Source: Eledone cirrhosa (Eukaryota). From it: a DNA stretch of 64,000 nucleotides. Position 1 is the first letter of the stretch, and each line of letters begins with the position of its first letter. The position numbers were made by a program, and so were the translations under genes. The stretch is taken from positions 127,348,001 through 127,412,000 of the forward strand of contig OZ024740.1 of the NCBI GenBank assembly GCA_964016885.1, in the 5' to 3' direction. Positions 27,895 through 42,269 of this stretch are shown piece by piece. Below the pieces are notes generated by a model. It saw only the letters and a list, made by a program, of their open reading frames with translations, made no database searches and was not told where the DNA came from.

Positions 27895-30226
27895 TTAGGA
27901 TTTGGTTGAAGGTTTGAAGTGTGAGAATTTCGCTTTCAGTTTATGCTGGCAAAAAATTGACCTTTCAATTTTGTTGTTAAGTAGTTGGTGGCTTGAGCTT
28001 AGGATATGGAAGAGCTCATTATTACACAACGGGCACGTTTTCATCCCACTCCGGTATGGAGGAGCATATGAGAGTTTGGTCCATTTAAGGGTGTATTGTC
28101 GGTTACTCCCTTTTAAGTGCCAAATTTTGTCGGCGAGAGTCGTTACGCAACGGTGGTGCTTTATTGCGTAACGATGCGTGTACCAACGAGTTTTGAAGGT
28201 GTTTGCAGTGCTGCCAATGTAGTGCTAGGTTTGGTTGCCCGACTCAACCGAGCACCTGTACACTAGGTTTGATTGCAAACATTCGTTATTCAATGGACAA
28301 GTCTCTGGAAGGTGGCAATTACAATTTATGTTATGGGCAGTGTTGGAGTTATAGGTGGGCTGGGATGTGTGTGTGAGTGTGTTTTGTGCATACTGATTGT
28401 TAGTGGGTGGTTGGGTATTAGGTGTATTATTGTGTTGAGTGATTGGGGTGTTGTTGTTACGGAGTCTTTTGGCGTTGAGCATCTTAATGTGTGCGTCTAG
28501 GTTTGGTGCAGTGGAATAAGATAGTCTAATTGTTTTGGTATTAAGTATACTACTATATTTATGTGAATTTGGAAAGTGTTTTTTTATAATTTTGTAGAAT
28601 GTGGAAGGTAAGTTAGAGCTAATAGAAGAGTTAAAAATAGGATTATACCAAATGTAAGATCTACTCCGTGTTCTGTTTTGCTTTGATGTTGCTGTTGTAT
28701 TTGTGGTGTGGTTAGTATTAGGGGGTCTAGGTGCGTGTGTGCGGGTGTTTGTGGGGCGTTTGGCGTATCTGTGGTTATGTGTTTTATGGTTGTGTGGGTC
28801 CATGTATTCTAGTTTGTCGGTGTGGCCAGCCCGTTCTAATGCAGTGTTGTAGTATTCAGCGTGTTGATCGAATATTTGTTGGTTAGATGAGAGGCGGGAT
28901 ATTCTAAGTGATATACTATGTGGCACGGACCTTATAATAGATAGTGGGTGGTTAGAGCTAGTGTGGATGTAGGTGAGGTTCTCATTGTTTTTGTGAAAGG
29001 GTGTGATAATTTGGGTGTTGAGGTTGAAGGTGGCATCTAGGAAGTTAACTACTTTGGTACTATATTCGTAGGTGATTTTAAGGCATAGGCTATCTAGGGT
29101 TCTTCTAATGCTCTTACGGGTTCGTTCTATGTTTTGTTTATTCATGTTTTTAACTAATAGGAGAGCGTCATCTCTATATATTACGCCTTGAAGGTAACTA
29201 ACTTTATTATGTAAGGTGTGGGCTATGTATATACCAACAATATCCGTAACTTGTGCTGAGTCATTAGCACACATAGTTATGTCAAAGTTATCTATTCTAT
29301 CCTTACGTATCCAAAAGTTATTTTCAAATTTAATTATCATCTTTCTAGCTGCTAGGATAATGTTTATTTCGTCGTCGGTTAAGTCAGAGTTGGCTTTCGC
29401 AAATTCTAGTGCCTTGTTTAGAGTATCGGGTGATATGGAGGAGTAATAGTCATTAATGTCGAATTGTATAAAGTTAGAGGTATTTTTGTTATCTATACTA
29501 TTAAACCATTTAATTGTGTCGCTAGTATTGTCCCAAAGTTTAATAACTAGTTTATTCCTTAATTGTATTATTATTCTATCTAAAATATGCTTGCTAATTT
29601 TACCTATGTCTGACTTAGATGGGCATATTAATCTAATAGTGGGTTTATCTAGGAAATCTAATTTGTGGTTCTTAAGATTAAAGGTGGGGGTGCAAGTTGT
29701 CATGGGCTCAGTTCTATCTTCAAGTTCTAGACTTTTGACAATATGGTGTGCTTGTTTGTTGATGTTAAGTAGTGCTTTATTATTGGTTTTCTTATATTGT
29801 TTATGTAATTCCTTTCGTATAAGGTCGTGGTAAGTATTAATGTCCATTGTGTATACGTTAGATGTTTTATCCGCTTTGACAATAATCCCGTTAGTGGTGC
29901 GCAGCTTGTTTAGAAAGGTATCAATGTCTTTATGAAGCTTGTTGGTTTTGAACTTCCTATATTTAGTATTCATGACCATTTTATGTAAGTCCTGTTCGAA
30001 GGCGTCCAATTAGAGGGTTAGTGGGTCGGTTTTTACAGGAGTTGAACCCATATGTATTCTTTCCAGAGTTCGCGGTATAATCCTTACGTCCTTTGTCGAA
30101 GTGGAATGTTTTCCATCTGACGCGGCGTATGAAATCATTGGTGCGCTGGATCGTTCCAAGAGTGTATTCCTTCCTTTTGGGTAAAGGTATATTCTTTAGG
30201 GACATACCGATGTAATGTTTTTCCAT
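27895..30226 (-). pseudogene. Penelope RT + GIY-YIG endonuclease polyprotein (about 775 aa; one frameshift near 30012, one TAG at 28225)
   Basis: MSLKNIPLP, KADKTSN, FIQFDINDYYSSI, FDITM..NDSAQVTDIVG, YRDD, VNFLD, SNHP, CNC..CPL..C, LVYRC..HYIGST..FKTRW..H, CPLCN.E, FCQHK. Confidence 0.93.
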
Positions 30227-30657
30227 GTCCAAGGCGTAAGTTGAAGTGGTGGCTCAACCAGATAGGAGCATAAATTCAGTTATTAGGAGTATTCCAAAGC
30301 TTGGTAGAACAAGTTGTGAGGAAAGTTCTCAACATACGTTAAGGTGACTCGACAGGTTGGTAGGGATTCTGTAGTGGTAACACGAACAACCGAGGAGTGT
30401 AATCAAAGAAGAGAAATATGACGAAGGTAAACAGTTACAAAATAATTTAATCCCTCTACTCATCACAACTTTTAGCACACAACCCTCTTCCCCCTCCCTT
30501 ACAAATCCTCTCACGCCACACTATCTCTTTCTCTTTCTCTCCCTACCTCTATCCCTTTTCTCTCTCTCTCTCTCCCTCTCTTTTGCCTCTCTCTCTCTCT
30601 GTTACTCTATCTTACACTACTACCCCTTATTTCATTTCCTAAGGTCATTCCAACTTT

Positions 30658-30758
30658 GTATTTCGAAAATTCGGATGCTACAGTATCTTTCTTGATTGCC
30701 TATTATAACATAGTGTAGCAATAATGGACTGAAATTCTGATGAAACAATTGTTAATAC
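30658..30758 (+). ncRNA. variant HHR (U3-C4...A8 core)
   Basis: GTATT-TCGAAAA-tTCGGA...TCTGAt-GAAA-CAATTG-TT-AATAC. Confidence 0.62.
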
Positions 30759-30974
30759 GTGGATTAAATTCTTGTGTAACTATTTACCTTCGTCCTATTT
30801 CTCTTCTTTGGTATATATATATATATACATATATACATACACATGCATATACACACACATACACATACATACATACATACATACATACATACATACATAC
30901 ATACATACATACATACATACATACATACATACATACATGCAAGTATCTATTTATGGACAAATATATAAGTATGT

Positions 30975-33240
30975 GTAGCCATAGGAGTCGATCGAGGCAG
31001 GGGTAGGTGTGGTGATTGTGTAGGGGGTGGATTACCGTGGGCTCGGTGTGGCGGGGCTACTGTCCCTATAGGTTGAGGGAAGTTCCCATCCCAATGTGTT
31101 GTTATTGTCCATATAGCTTGAGGAAGGACCCGACACTGAGGTGTCTACATGTCCCGAAGAAGTCAGTCCTGAGGTGTATTAGGCTGCTTCCACCGCTGAG
31201 TATCTCGAGGGTCTCGCTCAGACATAGTTTGCAGATGCCAGATCCTGGTTTATTAGGTGGTACTTTCCTGAATTTAGACCAGGCCAGAGTGTACGCATCC
31301 TGTCCAGCTTGAGCTTCCAGGTCAGTTCGGAAAGACCATCGGTATTTAAAGCTCGTTGATGTGGCTCCTATGTAAAGGTGTTCAGAGTTGGGGATGTTTA
31401 CTCTACATCCGTATATTAAGTTCTAACTAAGGCATTCATTACTAAGGGGGCATAATGTGGGGGATTCTGTAGTTGCAGAAGGTGGTTGCCCCCCGAGTAC
31501 CTAATGTGGGGTTCCCGTTGCGTATTATATGGTGGTCTTCCCCCGGGCCCGGTGTAGGGTCGCTGGGTCTGTTTGGGTTTCCAGGGTGGGTAGTATGTCC
31601 ACTGTTCCTTCCCTCCACATGGTTCTGCTGAGTGCTTATATTGCCAGCTTATGGTTGTGTGTAGTTTTAAGTCTACCCCTATTGATGCTAGCTATGTGCT
31701 GGGACAAATTTTGCGTGGTAGAATACGAGAGCTTCACAGTGTGTCTGTTGAAACTCTTGTCGTATCTATGGTCCCTCGGGAAGCATTTATCTAGTGCTCT
31801 AAAGAATGAACGGGCCATACTATTCTTTAGTGCCGCTGAGTAAGGTGGGTTGTACCAGGTGATTTTTCTGCGTCTACTCCTATGTGGTTGGGTTGGGCGT
31901 GCCGTGGGTTGTTGGGGAGTTGTTGGGTTGCTAGTAGTTCCCGCATTGCTGCTTCCCCTTTGGACGCTATGTGATTTGCTAACTTCTCGGCCCGTATCAG
32001 TGATGTGGTTGTTGCTCACGCTGGAAGTTCTACAATGGGATGGTCCTCCATCAGTCCCGCTTCGTGTCTTGTGGTTGGGGGCGTCGGGCCCGGGGCGATT
32101 AGTATCACCCCTGAGACCGCTACTTTTACTGGGTTTCCTCCCATGGTTATGCGTACGCGTCGCCTTCGCTACTGGTGTCGGATTCATGGTGTTTAGTTGT
32201 TTCCACTCTCTCTCTGTACTGTTAGGTTTCCCCCCTCCCGGATACCGTGGGTCGGAATGTCCGATGGGCTATCCCTATCATGGCGCCTCGGATTATATGA
32301 TGTATTTCGGCAATGAGCCGCCTTATTTAGAGCTGCGTTCTAATATTCTGCGTTGCTCTCGAAGATTTCCTTATTGGCAGACAGGTTGGATACCCTGTCC
32401 TAGACACTTTTCACTACGGCCTTAATTATGGATCTAAAGTGGTTTGATTTGGCATTAACATATACCAGTTTTTCGTCGGGCTTGTGATAGGGGTAGTATT
32501 GCTCGGTGTTCAGGTTTAGGGTGGTGTATAGGAAGTTAACTACTTTTCTATTTGGGTCTAGTTCGATACTGAGCCCATGGATCTTAAAGAAATGCCCAAT
32601 TCGCCTCTACATTCTCTCCACCATAGTGGTGCTGTGGTCATAGACTGTGAAGAGATCATCGTCACGATACAATCCGTCGCCCAGGCAGGGGATTTCTTCT
32701 TTTATCTGCTTCAGCAGGAAGAGCCCAACCTGGTCCGTTACCTGTGCGGAGTCGCTGGAGCCCATCGTAATGTTAAAGTTATTTGGCCAATCACTCCTGG
32801 TCCAAAGGTCTCCAGCGAAACGGACCAAGGTCGTTCGGGCGGCGTGGATGATTCCCACCTCCTCGCGGGTTAGGTCGCTAAATTAAGAGCCTTATTAATT
32901 ATTATGGGCGAAATTGAGGAGTAGTAGTTTGCAATGTCCAGTTGGATAAAGCTTGTCCTACTTTTCTCAGGTAGTATATTGAAACATTCTATTACACCTC
33001 TCCCGTGCATGACCATTGCTGTAATTTTTTTCCAAATCTGAGGCATATTCCTATCTAGTATGCTTTTACTGACGATCCTAGGGCTGATCTGGAGGGGGCT
33101 ATTAGTATAACCGGCAGGTCGGACTCAAAGTTTGGGTTGGGGTATTTAAGGGTAACCCTCGGCTCCCTTGGTTGGTATGGGACCGTCCTATCCTCTATGC
33201 CGAGTCCGGATATAATCCTGTAAGCTGTGGCGTTGTTCTC
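30975..33240 (-). mobile_element. decayed, 5'-truncated Penelope (Naiad-type) RT-GIY-YIG
   Basis: FNITMGSSDSAQVTDQVG, GLYRDD, RRRKITWYNPPYS, FNRHTVKLSYSTT, CPLSNECL, YIGATST; many frameshifts. Confidence 0.9.
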
Positions 33241-33742
33241 ATCCAGGGTAACTCCAAGTGTTTTTTTTGTAGCATTTCCTCATTTCCCTGAGAATTAGCT
33301 TACTTAACAAATACAACCACAACAAATTGACTTGCCTAAGAAAAATTTCTATAGACTTTTGACTGAGGAATGATCTCACATCTGACCAATGGGATGAGAG
33401 AGTTCCTATGACGCTGAAATTGTTTTTTTTTTTCGAATTCATATGATTCCAGTTCCTCAGAGAAATAACAACCCAACCAGGAGCTGGACATATCGGAGTA
33501 TTGACGGAGTAAAACACTTCAACATGTGTATCTGTCTCTACCACACCAATTCGGAATGCTTGAAGAGGTGACATACAATGATGGATGTCACCCAAATATT
33601 TATACAGTACATCTTTAATAAACGAAGCCAAATTTCAAATATTTGACTTAATTATTTTACATTACACCGGAGTAACCAAATCGTCCTGCGTACTTCGTCG
33701 AGTGATCCAATATGCATACTGAGCTGTGGGTAAGCAAGCAAC
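33241..33742 (+). repeat. inverted pLTR arm with tail
   Basis: partner of 26241-26612; tTGAAGA-GGTGACA...TGTCACC-cAAA degenerate HHR at about 33560-33595; tail runs into TA. Confidence 0.7.
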
Positions 33743-33749
33743 ATATACT

Positions 33750-33878
<129 letters not shown>

Positions 33879-33879
33879 C

Positions 33880-33953
<74 letters not shown>

Positions 33954-34007
33954 TAAAAAAATAATGAATAAAACAATGAAACAGTTCCTTATATTAAACA
34001 AAAAAAG

Positions 34008-34162
34008 TTCATTATTTAACGATCGTTTCTAGGATATATATGTGTTAGAATTGGCATGCATATTCAACAGATCTATGTACAAAATTATACAAAATTATAC
34101 AAACTATCAAGATTAAATATACATACCAAACACACATATATGCCGTCTTCAGAAATAATGAA
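34008..34162 (-). ncRNA. type I HHR (inverted copy)
   Basis: reverse complement of 38322-38476. Confidence 0.82.
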
Positions 34163-34765
34163 ATATATTTATTGATAATAACAACAATTCAAAATTTCAG
34201 GTCCGTTTGGGAACAGAGTTCAAATTGACCAATCAAAATACAAAAAATTTTATGCAGTTTGGTGTGTGTATATACATGTAATTAACTTCGTACACATATT
34301 TATATAAAGATATATGCTCACATGCATACGCATGCCAAAAAGATGTATGCAAATACAAACATTCAAGGCTAATGTCTCTGTAAGTTTATAATCCACAGAT
34401 AAAATGCGTATAGACACATAAATATGAAATAAATGTATACACACATTCATATACTCACACATATACGTACACTCACACACACGCGCGCGTATATGCATAA
34501 ACATACACATAATTACGAACATACATACACACACACACCCCCACACACATATATATGTGCATATAGTATTATCATAAGCATATGGACATTAATGCACGCA
34601 CATAAACACTGCCACACACATTTAGATCAAGATACAGAAATTAGGTGGGAGGGGGGGAGAGGTCAGTATTCAACGGTTTCGGCAGACTGCTTATTTATAG
34701 ATGTATCTATAAACTTAGAAATAAAAAGAAAAGAAAAAGAAAAAAGAAAAAAGAAATATATCAAG

Positions 34766-34812
<47 letters not shown>

Positions 34813-35438
34813 CTACACATACAACACACACACACACACATATATAAACATATACATATATATATATACACATATATACACACATACATATATATATACA
34901 CACACATATACACATATATACACACACATATATACACACACATATATATATATACAAACACATATACATACACACACATATATATATATACAAACAAGCA
35001 AAATATAAAGTATACATCGATATACATACATATAGACATATAAATAAATACACACGCATACACACACATACATATACATACATATACATACACATATATA
35101 TAAACACATACATATACATACATATACATACACATACCATATAAATACACATACACATACACAGACGCATACATATAGAGACACATACATATACACATAT
35201 AAATACATAGACACATACATACATAAACACATATATATATATATATATATATTTTTTTTACACACATATACACATACACGCATACATACATATATATATA
35301 TATACACACATATACATATACATATATATATATACATATATACACATACACATACACATATACACACATATATATATATATATATACATTCACAACACTC
35401 GTATATATATACACACTCATACATATACACACATATAC

Positions 35439-35471
<33 letters not shown>

Positions 35472-35614
35472 CATACATACATATATATATATATATACAT
35501 ATATATACAGTCACATCTACATACATATATATATATATATAAAAATACACTCATATATATACACACATACACATACATACCCACATATAAATATATATAT
35601 ATACATAAATATAT

Positions 35615-35653
<39 letters not shown>

Positions 35654-35685
35654 TACATATATATATATATATACATATATACATA

Positions 35686-35727
<42 letters not shown>

Positions 35728-35851
35728 CACACACATACATACACATATACACACATACATATATAGTCACACACACACACCTACACATACATACACATAC
35801 ACATATATAAAGATATATATACACACATACACACACACACATATATAATAA

Positions 35852-35884
<33 letters not shown>

Positions 35885-36188
35885 TATACATATACATACA
35901 TATATACATACATACATACACACACATACATATATATACACACATATACATACACACATACACACATACATACATACACACACATACATACACACACATA
36001 CATACTCATACATAGACATAGATATATATTCACACACACATACGCACTTACATATACGCATATATACAAATACATACGCATCCATATATGCGTATATACA
36101 TACAAACACCACTACACTCTCACACAACTCAGACATACAAAGAAAAAGGTATATACATATACATATATACACACATAAATAGAGATAC

Positions 36189-36261
<73 letters not shown>

Positions 36262-36387
36262 CACATACATATACATACACACACATATACACACATACAT
36301 ATATAGTCACACACACACACCTACACATACATACACATACACACATATAAAGATATATATACACACATACACACACATACATATATA

Positions 36388-36426
<39 letters not shown>

Positions 36427-36687
36427 TACATACATATACATACATATATACATACATACATACACATACATACATATATATACACACATATACATACACA
36501 CATACACACGTACATACATACACACACACATACATACACACACATACATACTCATACATAGACATAGATATATATTCACACACACATACGCACTTACATA
36601 TACGCATATATACAAATATATACGCATCCATATATCCGTATATACATACAAACACCACTACACTATATATGTGTATGTATGTGTGTG

Positions 36688-36768
<81 letters not shown>

Positions 36769-36789
36769 ATATATATATATATGTATGTA

Positions 36790-36820
<31 letters not shown>

Positions 36821-36959
36821 ATATATTTATGTATATATATATATTTATATGCGGGTATGTATGTGTATGTGTGTATATATATGAGTGTATTTTTATATAT
36901 ATATATATATGTATGTAGATGTGACTGTATATATATGTATATATATATATATATGTATG

Positions 36960-37000
<41 letters not shown>

Positions 37001-37186
37001 GTATATGTGTGTATATGTATGAGTGTGTATATATATACGAGTGTTGTGAATGTATATATATATATATATATATATGTGTGTATATGTGTATGTGTATGTG
37101 TATATATGTATATATATATATATATGTATATGTATATGTGTGTATATATATATATATGTATGTATGCGTGTATGTGTATATGTGTG

Positions 37187-37217
<31 letters not shown>

Positions 37218-37641
37218 GTGTTTATGTATGTATGTGTCTATGTATTTATATGTGTATATGTATGTGTCTCTATATGTATGCGTCTGTGTATGTGTATGTG
37301 TATTTATATGGTATGTGTATGTATATGTATGTATATGTATGTGTTTATATATATGTGTATGTATATGTATGTATATGTATGTGTGTGTATGCGTGTGTAT
37401 TTATTTATATGTCTATATGTATGTATATCGATGTATACTTTATATTTTGCTTGTTTGTATATATATATATGTGTGTGTATGTATATGTGTGTGTATATAT
37501 ATATATGTGTGTGTATATATGTGTGTGTATATATGTGTATATGTGTGTGTATATATATATGTATGTGTGTATATATGTGTATATATATATGTATATGTTT
37601 ATATATGTTTATATATGTGTGTGTGTGTGTTGTATGTGTAG

Positions 37642-37718
<77 letters not shown>

Positions 37719-38321
37719 CTTGATATATTTCTTTTTTCTTTTTTCTTTTTCTTTTCTTTTTATTTCTAAGTTTATAGATACATCTATAAATAAGCAGTCT
37801 GCCGAAACCGTTGAATACTGACCTCTCCCCCCCTCCCACCTAATTTCTGTATCTTGATCTAAATGTGTGTGGCAGTGTTTATGTGCGTGCATTAATGTCC
37901 ATATGCTTATGATAATACTATATGCACATATATATGTGTGTGGGGGTGTGTGTGTGTATGTATGTTCGTAATTATGTGTATGTTTATGCATATACGCGCG
38001 CGTGTGTGTGAGTGTACGTATATGTGTGAGTATATGAATGTGTGTATACATTTATTTCATATTTATGTGTCTATACGCATTTTATCTGTGGATTATAAAC
38101 TTACAGAGACATTAGCCTTGAATGTTTGTATTTGCATACATCTTTTTGGCATGCGTATGCATGTGAGCATATATCTTTATATAAATATGTGTACGAAGTT
38201 AATTACATGTATATACACACACCAAACTGCATAAAATTTTTTGTATTTTGATTGGTCAATTTGAACTCTGTTCCCAAACGGACCTGAAATTTTGAATTGT
38301 TGTTATTATCAATAAATATAA

Positions 38322-38476
38322 TTCATTATTTCTGAAGACGGCATATATGTGTGTTTGGTATGTATATTTAATCTTGATAGTTTGTATAATTTTGTATAAT
38401 TTTGTACATAGATCTGTTGAATATGCATGCCAATTCTAACACATATATATCCTAGAAACGATCGTTAAATAATGAA
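38322..38476 (+). ncRNA. type I HHR with 10-bp stem I and ~115-nt hairpin stem II
   Basis: TTCATTATTT-CTGAAGA-cGGcATATATGTGT...ACACATATATatCCta-GAAA-CGATCG-TT-AAATAATGAA. Confidence 0.85.
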
Positions 38477-38670
38477 CTTTTTTTGTTTAATATAAGGAAC
38501 TGTTTCATTGTTTTATTCATTATTTTTTTAATATTTTATCTTGACTCTGTATTCCGTTTATCTTTCACCGAAAGTGATTTTTCATTGCATCTCTTCTTTC
38601 CATGATATCCGGACTACATTGAGTTCTTCATACGGATTGGACACTACCGTAAACTCTTGGTAGATTTATC

Positions 38671-38700
<30 letters not shown>

Positions 38701-38704
<4 letters not shown>

Positions 38705-38893
38705 AACCAGTAAGACCCCGACAGCTGAGCTCGAGCCGTTTCGACGGCTAATTCTGGACTGAATTAGCCGTCGAAACGGCTTGAGCTCAGCTGTCGGGGT
38801 CTTACTGGTTCCTATTACCCACTCTACTACCTCAATTATTGAGTACTTTGGTGCGTTATGGTCCACCTGGTTCCTTACCACATTTCCTTCGTT
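38701..38893 (+). mobile_element. fold-back element of the 11078 family
   Basis: hairpin 38701-38814 plus the same tail. Confidence 0.82.
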
Positions 38894-39244
38894 ATATATA
38901 TATATATATATATACTACTGATCCGTCCGACTGGCCTCCGGTTAGGTATACCTGCCCCCACACTCAACAGCAAAGATACCACACACCTTCCCGTGTCATG
39001 TTGTCTTTCCGACTTCGTAAGCAAAGGGGAGGAGCTACAGTAAAAATGAGTTTAAAAAGAAAGAGTTAAGCTGTGTTGTTATTATACATACATATATATG
39101 ACTTTCAGCTTTATAAGTATACATATGTGTGTGTTTGTGTATGTGTATGTGTGTTTGTGTATGTGTGTATGTGCATGTGTGTGTCTGCGTGTTTTGTTTT
39201 AATGTTATCTATCCGGCAATTGGCGAAATCAGGTGTGAAAGTAT

Positions 39245-39284
<40 letters not shown>

Positions 39285-39448
39285 TATGCGAGCGACGACA
39301 GAGGAAAATATACCGCGGAAATGAACGTTATTTTTCAATCACCGCTACATTTGATCATACACATTGTTTATTTCAAAATTATTTTAATGCCGATACTTGA
39401 TGTAACGTCATTGGAAATACGGTCACTTGTTGGTCCCCTCTGTGTCTT

Positions 39449-39515
<67 letters not shown>

Positions 39516-39913
39516 AACTCTCTCTGATAACTAACATTTTAATTGTATCTCTCTCTGTCTAACAGCCTATCTCTCTATTTTCCCCTCTCTCTGATGTTCT
39601 GTCTCTCTCTCTGTGTAGATGTGTGTGTGTAGTTTTCCTAATCTTTCTCTAAATATCTCTATTCCCCACCCCCCCTCTCTCTCTATGTGTGTATATATTG
39701 AATGGAGATACGGAAACTAAAACAGTGTTGTCATATAGAGAGTGGAGAGCGACAACGAGAGTAAAGAAGTTAAATTATAAATAGGAGGAACGATCTATTA
39801 TAGAGAGAGGGAAGAGCGAGGGTCAGAGAAAAGCTAACAAACTAGAGGGAGGTGTGTAGGATAGATACATACATACATATATATACATATATATATACAT
39901 ATATATATACATA

Positions 39914-40816
39914 AATTTTTTTCCAATTTGTAGAAAACTTATAATGAAACGATCGTTTGGAAAGAGAGATGTATTTAATTATGTCTCATATAAAATAATA
40001 CAACTGGCTATCCGCAAAATACGTATAGTTAGCACACCAAACGTATAATTGGGATTATACTAAGGTATATCCTAATGTTTGTTGAGTGAGACGGAAGCTG
40101 GTAGGAGTATTGCTTAAAGCTTTGTCTGTTAATGTGTTAAATATTATACTCTTGATTTGGCCAGAGATGAATATTTCCAGATACTCTTTTAGGTATGACT
40201 TTCTTTATTTATTCTTTGTATGAAATATTGATTGTTTTTCCGGTATCTTGTCTCTTTTTTTAGCCTGAGAAAATACCTATATTCATGTATAAATAATACA
40301 GGCATATATTTATTTTTTTATATCCAATTGAGTTCTTCACGCATGGTTAAAATTATTGAAAGAATTAATTGACCTGCGTGCATATTATTTTATTCTTTTA
40401 TGTTTTGCGATGACCTCCCCTTCCCGCTTGGTGACGGTGTGAGATTTCTCATTGTAAGACTGCTTGAATTTCAAATTTGGCTGTCAGTCTAACACTGACG
40501 GGTACTCGCTGACTATTAATATTGGTAAAGTATTTCTTTATAGAGATATTGTCGGGCATCCACTGATGATTTATAAGTACCCACCTACATATATTCCTAT
40601 GGGCTATGTGTAGGCTTCTACAGAACCTGGACATTATTTTCCCAATTTGTAGAAAACTTATAATGAAACGATCATTTGGAAAGAGAGATCTATTTAATTA
40701 TGTCTCATATAACATAATACAACTGGCTATCCGCAAAATACGTATAGTTAGCACCCCAAAGTATAAATGGGATTATACTAAGGTATATCCTAATGTTTGT
40801 TGAGTGAGACGGAAGT
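39914..40816 (+). mobile_element. second copy of the 719-nt HHR tandem family
   Basis: gaaacgatc at 39946 and 40665 (719 apart); reverse-complement homolog of 25175-26230. Confidence 0.85.
40559..40680 (+). ncRNA. type I HHR with long stem II
   Basis: TCCA-CTGATGA-tTTATAAGT...ACTTATAAt-GAAA-CGATCA-TT-TGGA (stem III G to A change). Confidence 0.72.
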
Positions 40817-41137
40817 GGTTAAACGACTTGCAGTGAAGGACCCCTAGCCTTTGTCAAGGCATTCTTCTAGGAGAACGCAAATAAAAAAAACTGGGACATA
40901 TCCGATATAAATCCTGCGGCTCAGTTGTTACCTATGATGTTGATCTTTTCTTATTTTCGGGTTATAGCTACTGTCGCTCAGAATTAATTAATAATTGTTA
41001 ATAATGGTATATCGTGCAATGGTCATACTCGATAACGAGGGGGCGGCCATCACATATGTATATTTATATGTGTATTTAATGGTATGTATATGTGTATATA
41101 AGTGTGCATATATGTATGTACATGATGTATGTACATG

Positions 41138-41187
<50 letters not shown>

Positions 41188-41755
41188 CATGTACATACAT
41201 ATCTATATAAATACATACATGTACATACATGTACATACATATATGTACACTTATATACACATATACATACCTCTAAATACACATATAACTATACTAATGT
41301 GATGGCCGCCTCCTCGTTATCGAGTATGGCCATTGCACGATATACCATTATTAATAATTATTAATTAATTCTGAGCGACAGTAGCTATAACCCGAAAATA
41401 AGAAAAGATCAACATCATAGGTAACAACTGAGCCGCAGGATTTATATAGGATATATCCCAGTTTCTTGAGTTGCCTTCTCCTAGAAGAACGGCTTGACAA
41501 AGGTTAGGGGTCTTTCACTCCAAGTCGTTTAACCGCGCGGTTATATACATATTTACACACATTTGGATGGCCATTGACTCTATGATTCTTCCGCCCTTTG
41601 TCGGATTTTGTTTTCTGCCCTGGAGGGTGTCCAAAATGACCCTCCTATCCAAGTAAACGTGGTGGGGTTGCCGGTTTAGTCGCCGTCGACATGAACAAGC
41701 TACAGGTTGCACTGGGTTACATGTTACCAGTAGCACTCAAGGGTGATTCGACAAA
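40817..41755. repeat. fold-back element (about 330-bp arms around a TA centre) with ~220-bp tail
   Basis: 40817-41140 is inverted relative to 41180-41534. Confidence 0.85.
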
Positions 41756-41999
41756 ATATACATATGTACATGCATACATACATACGCACACATATACCTA
41801 CATATATATATATATATATATAAGTACATACACACTTTCATACACAAATATATATATATTCATATTTATATTTGTTTCCATACATAGACATACAGACACA
41901 CACACACATATATATATGTTTGATTTTACTCTTCATGTGTATTATTATTACTACTATATACACACACACAAAGATGTATATATGTATATATAGATGTAT

Positions 42000-42047
<48 letters not shown>

Positions 42048-42132
42048 CATATATATGTACGTCCCATGTACGTTAATACTCATCTTTTTCCATTTCTCCG
42101 AGGGTTCTCAACTCCACTATCAGGCTAAATAA

Positions 42133-42260
42133 TTTCTTTAATTTCTTTAGTCAAAATGCGGCGATAGCTTACATTTCTAATAATATATATATATTTATAT
42201 ATATATATATTATTAGAAATGTAAGCTATCGCCGCATTTTGACTAAAGAAATTAAAGAAA
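42133..42260. repeat. perfect ~50-bp inverted repeat around (TA)n
   Basis: tttctttaatttctttagtcaaaatgcggcgatagcttacatttctaataa and its reverse complement. Confidence 0.9.
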
Positions 42261-42269
42261 CGTTTTTTG

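Larger units (their letters stand above)
33949..38672. mobile_element. ~4.7-kb microsatellite-rich fold-back element (about 1.8-kb arms, central 540-bp tandem duplication, ~135-bp tail)
   Basis: 33949-35760 is inverted relative to 36669-38538; atatagtcacacacacacacctacacatac occurs at 35761 and 36301. Confidence 0.85.

Noticed and set aside
28225-28227. In-frame stop as possible selenocysteine recoding (reported for some Naiad elements)
   Set aside because: The codon is TAG, not TGA, and aligns to Trp in the paralog; a simple nonsense mutation
30736-30758. CTGATGAAAC read as an HHR core with no stem II
   Set aside because: CTGATGA overlaps GAAA; the TCTGA is better explained as the 3' strand of stem II
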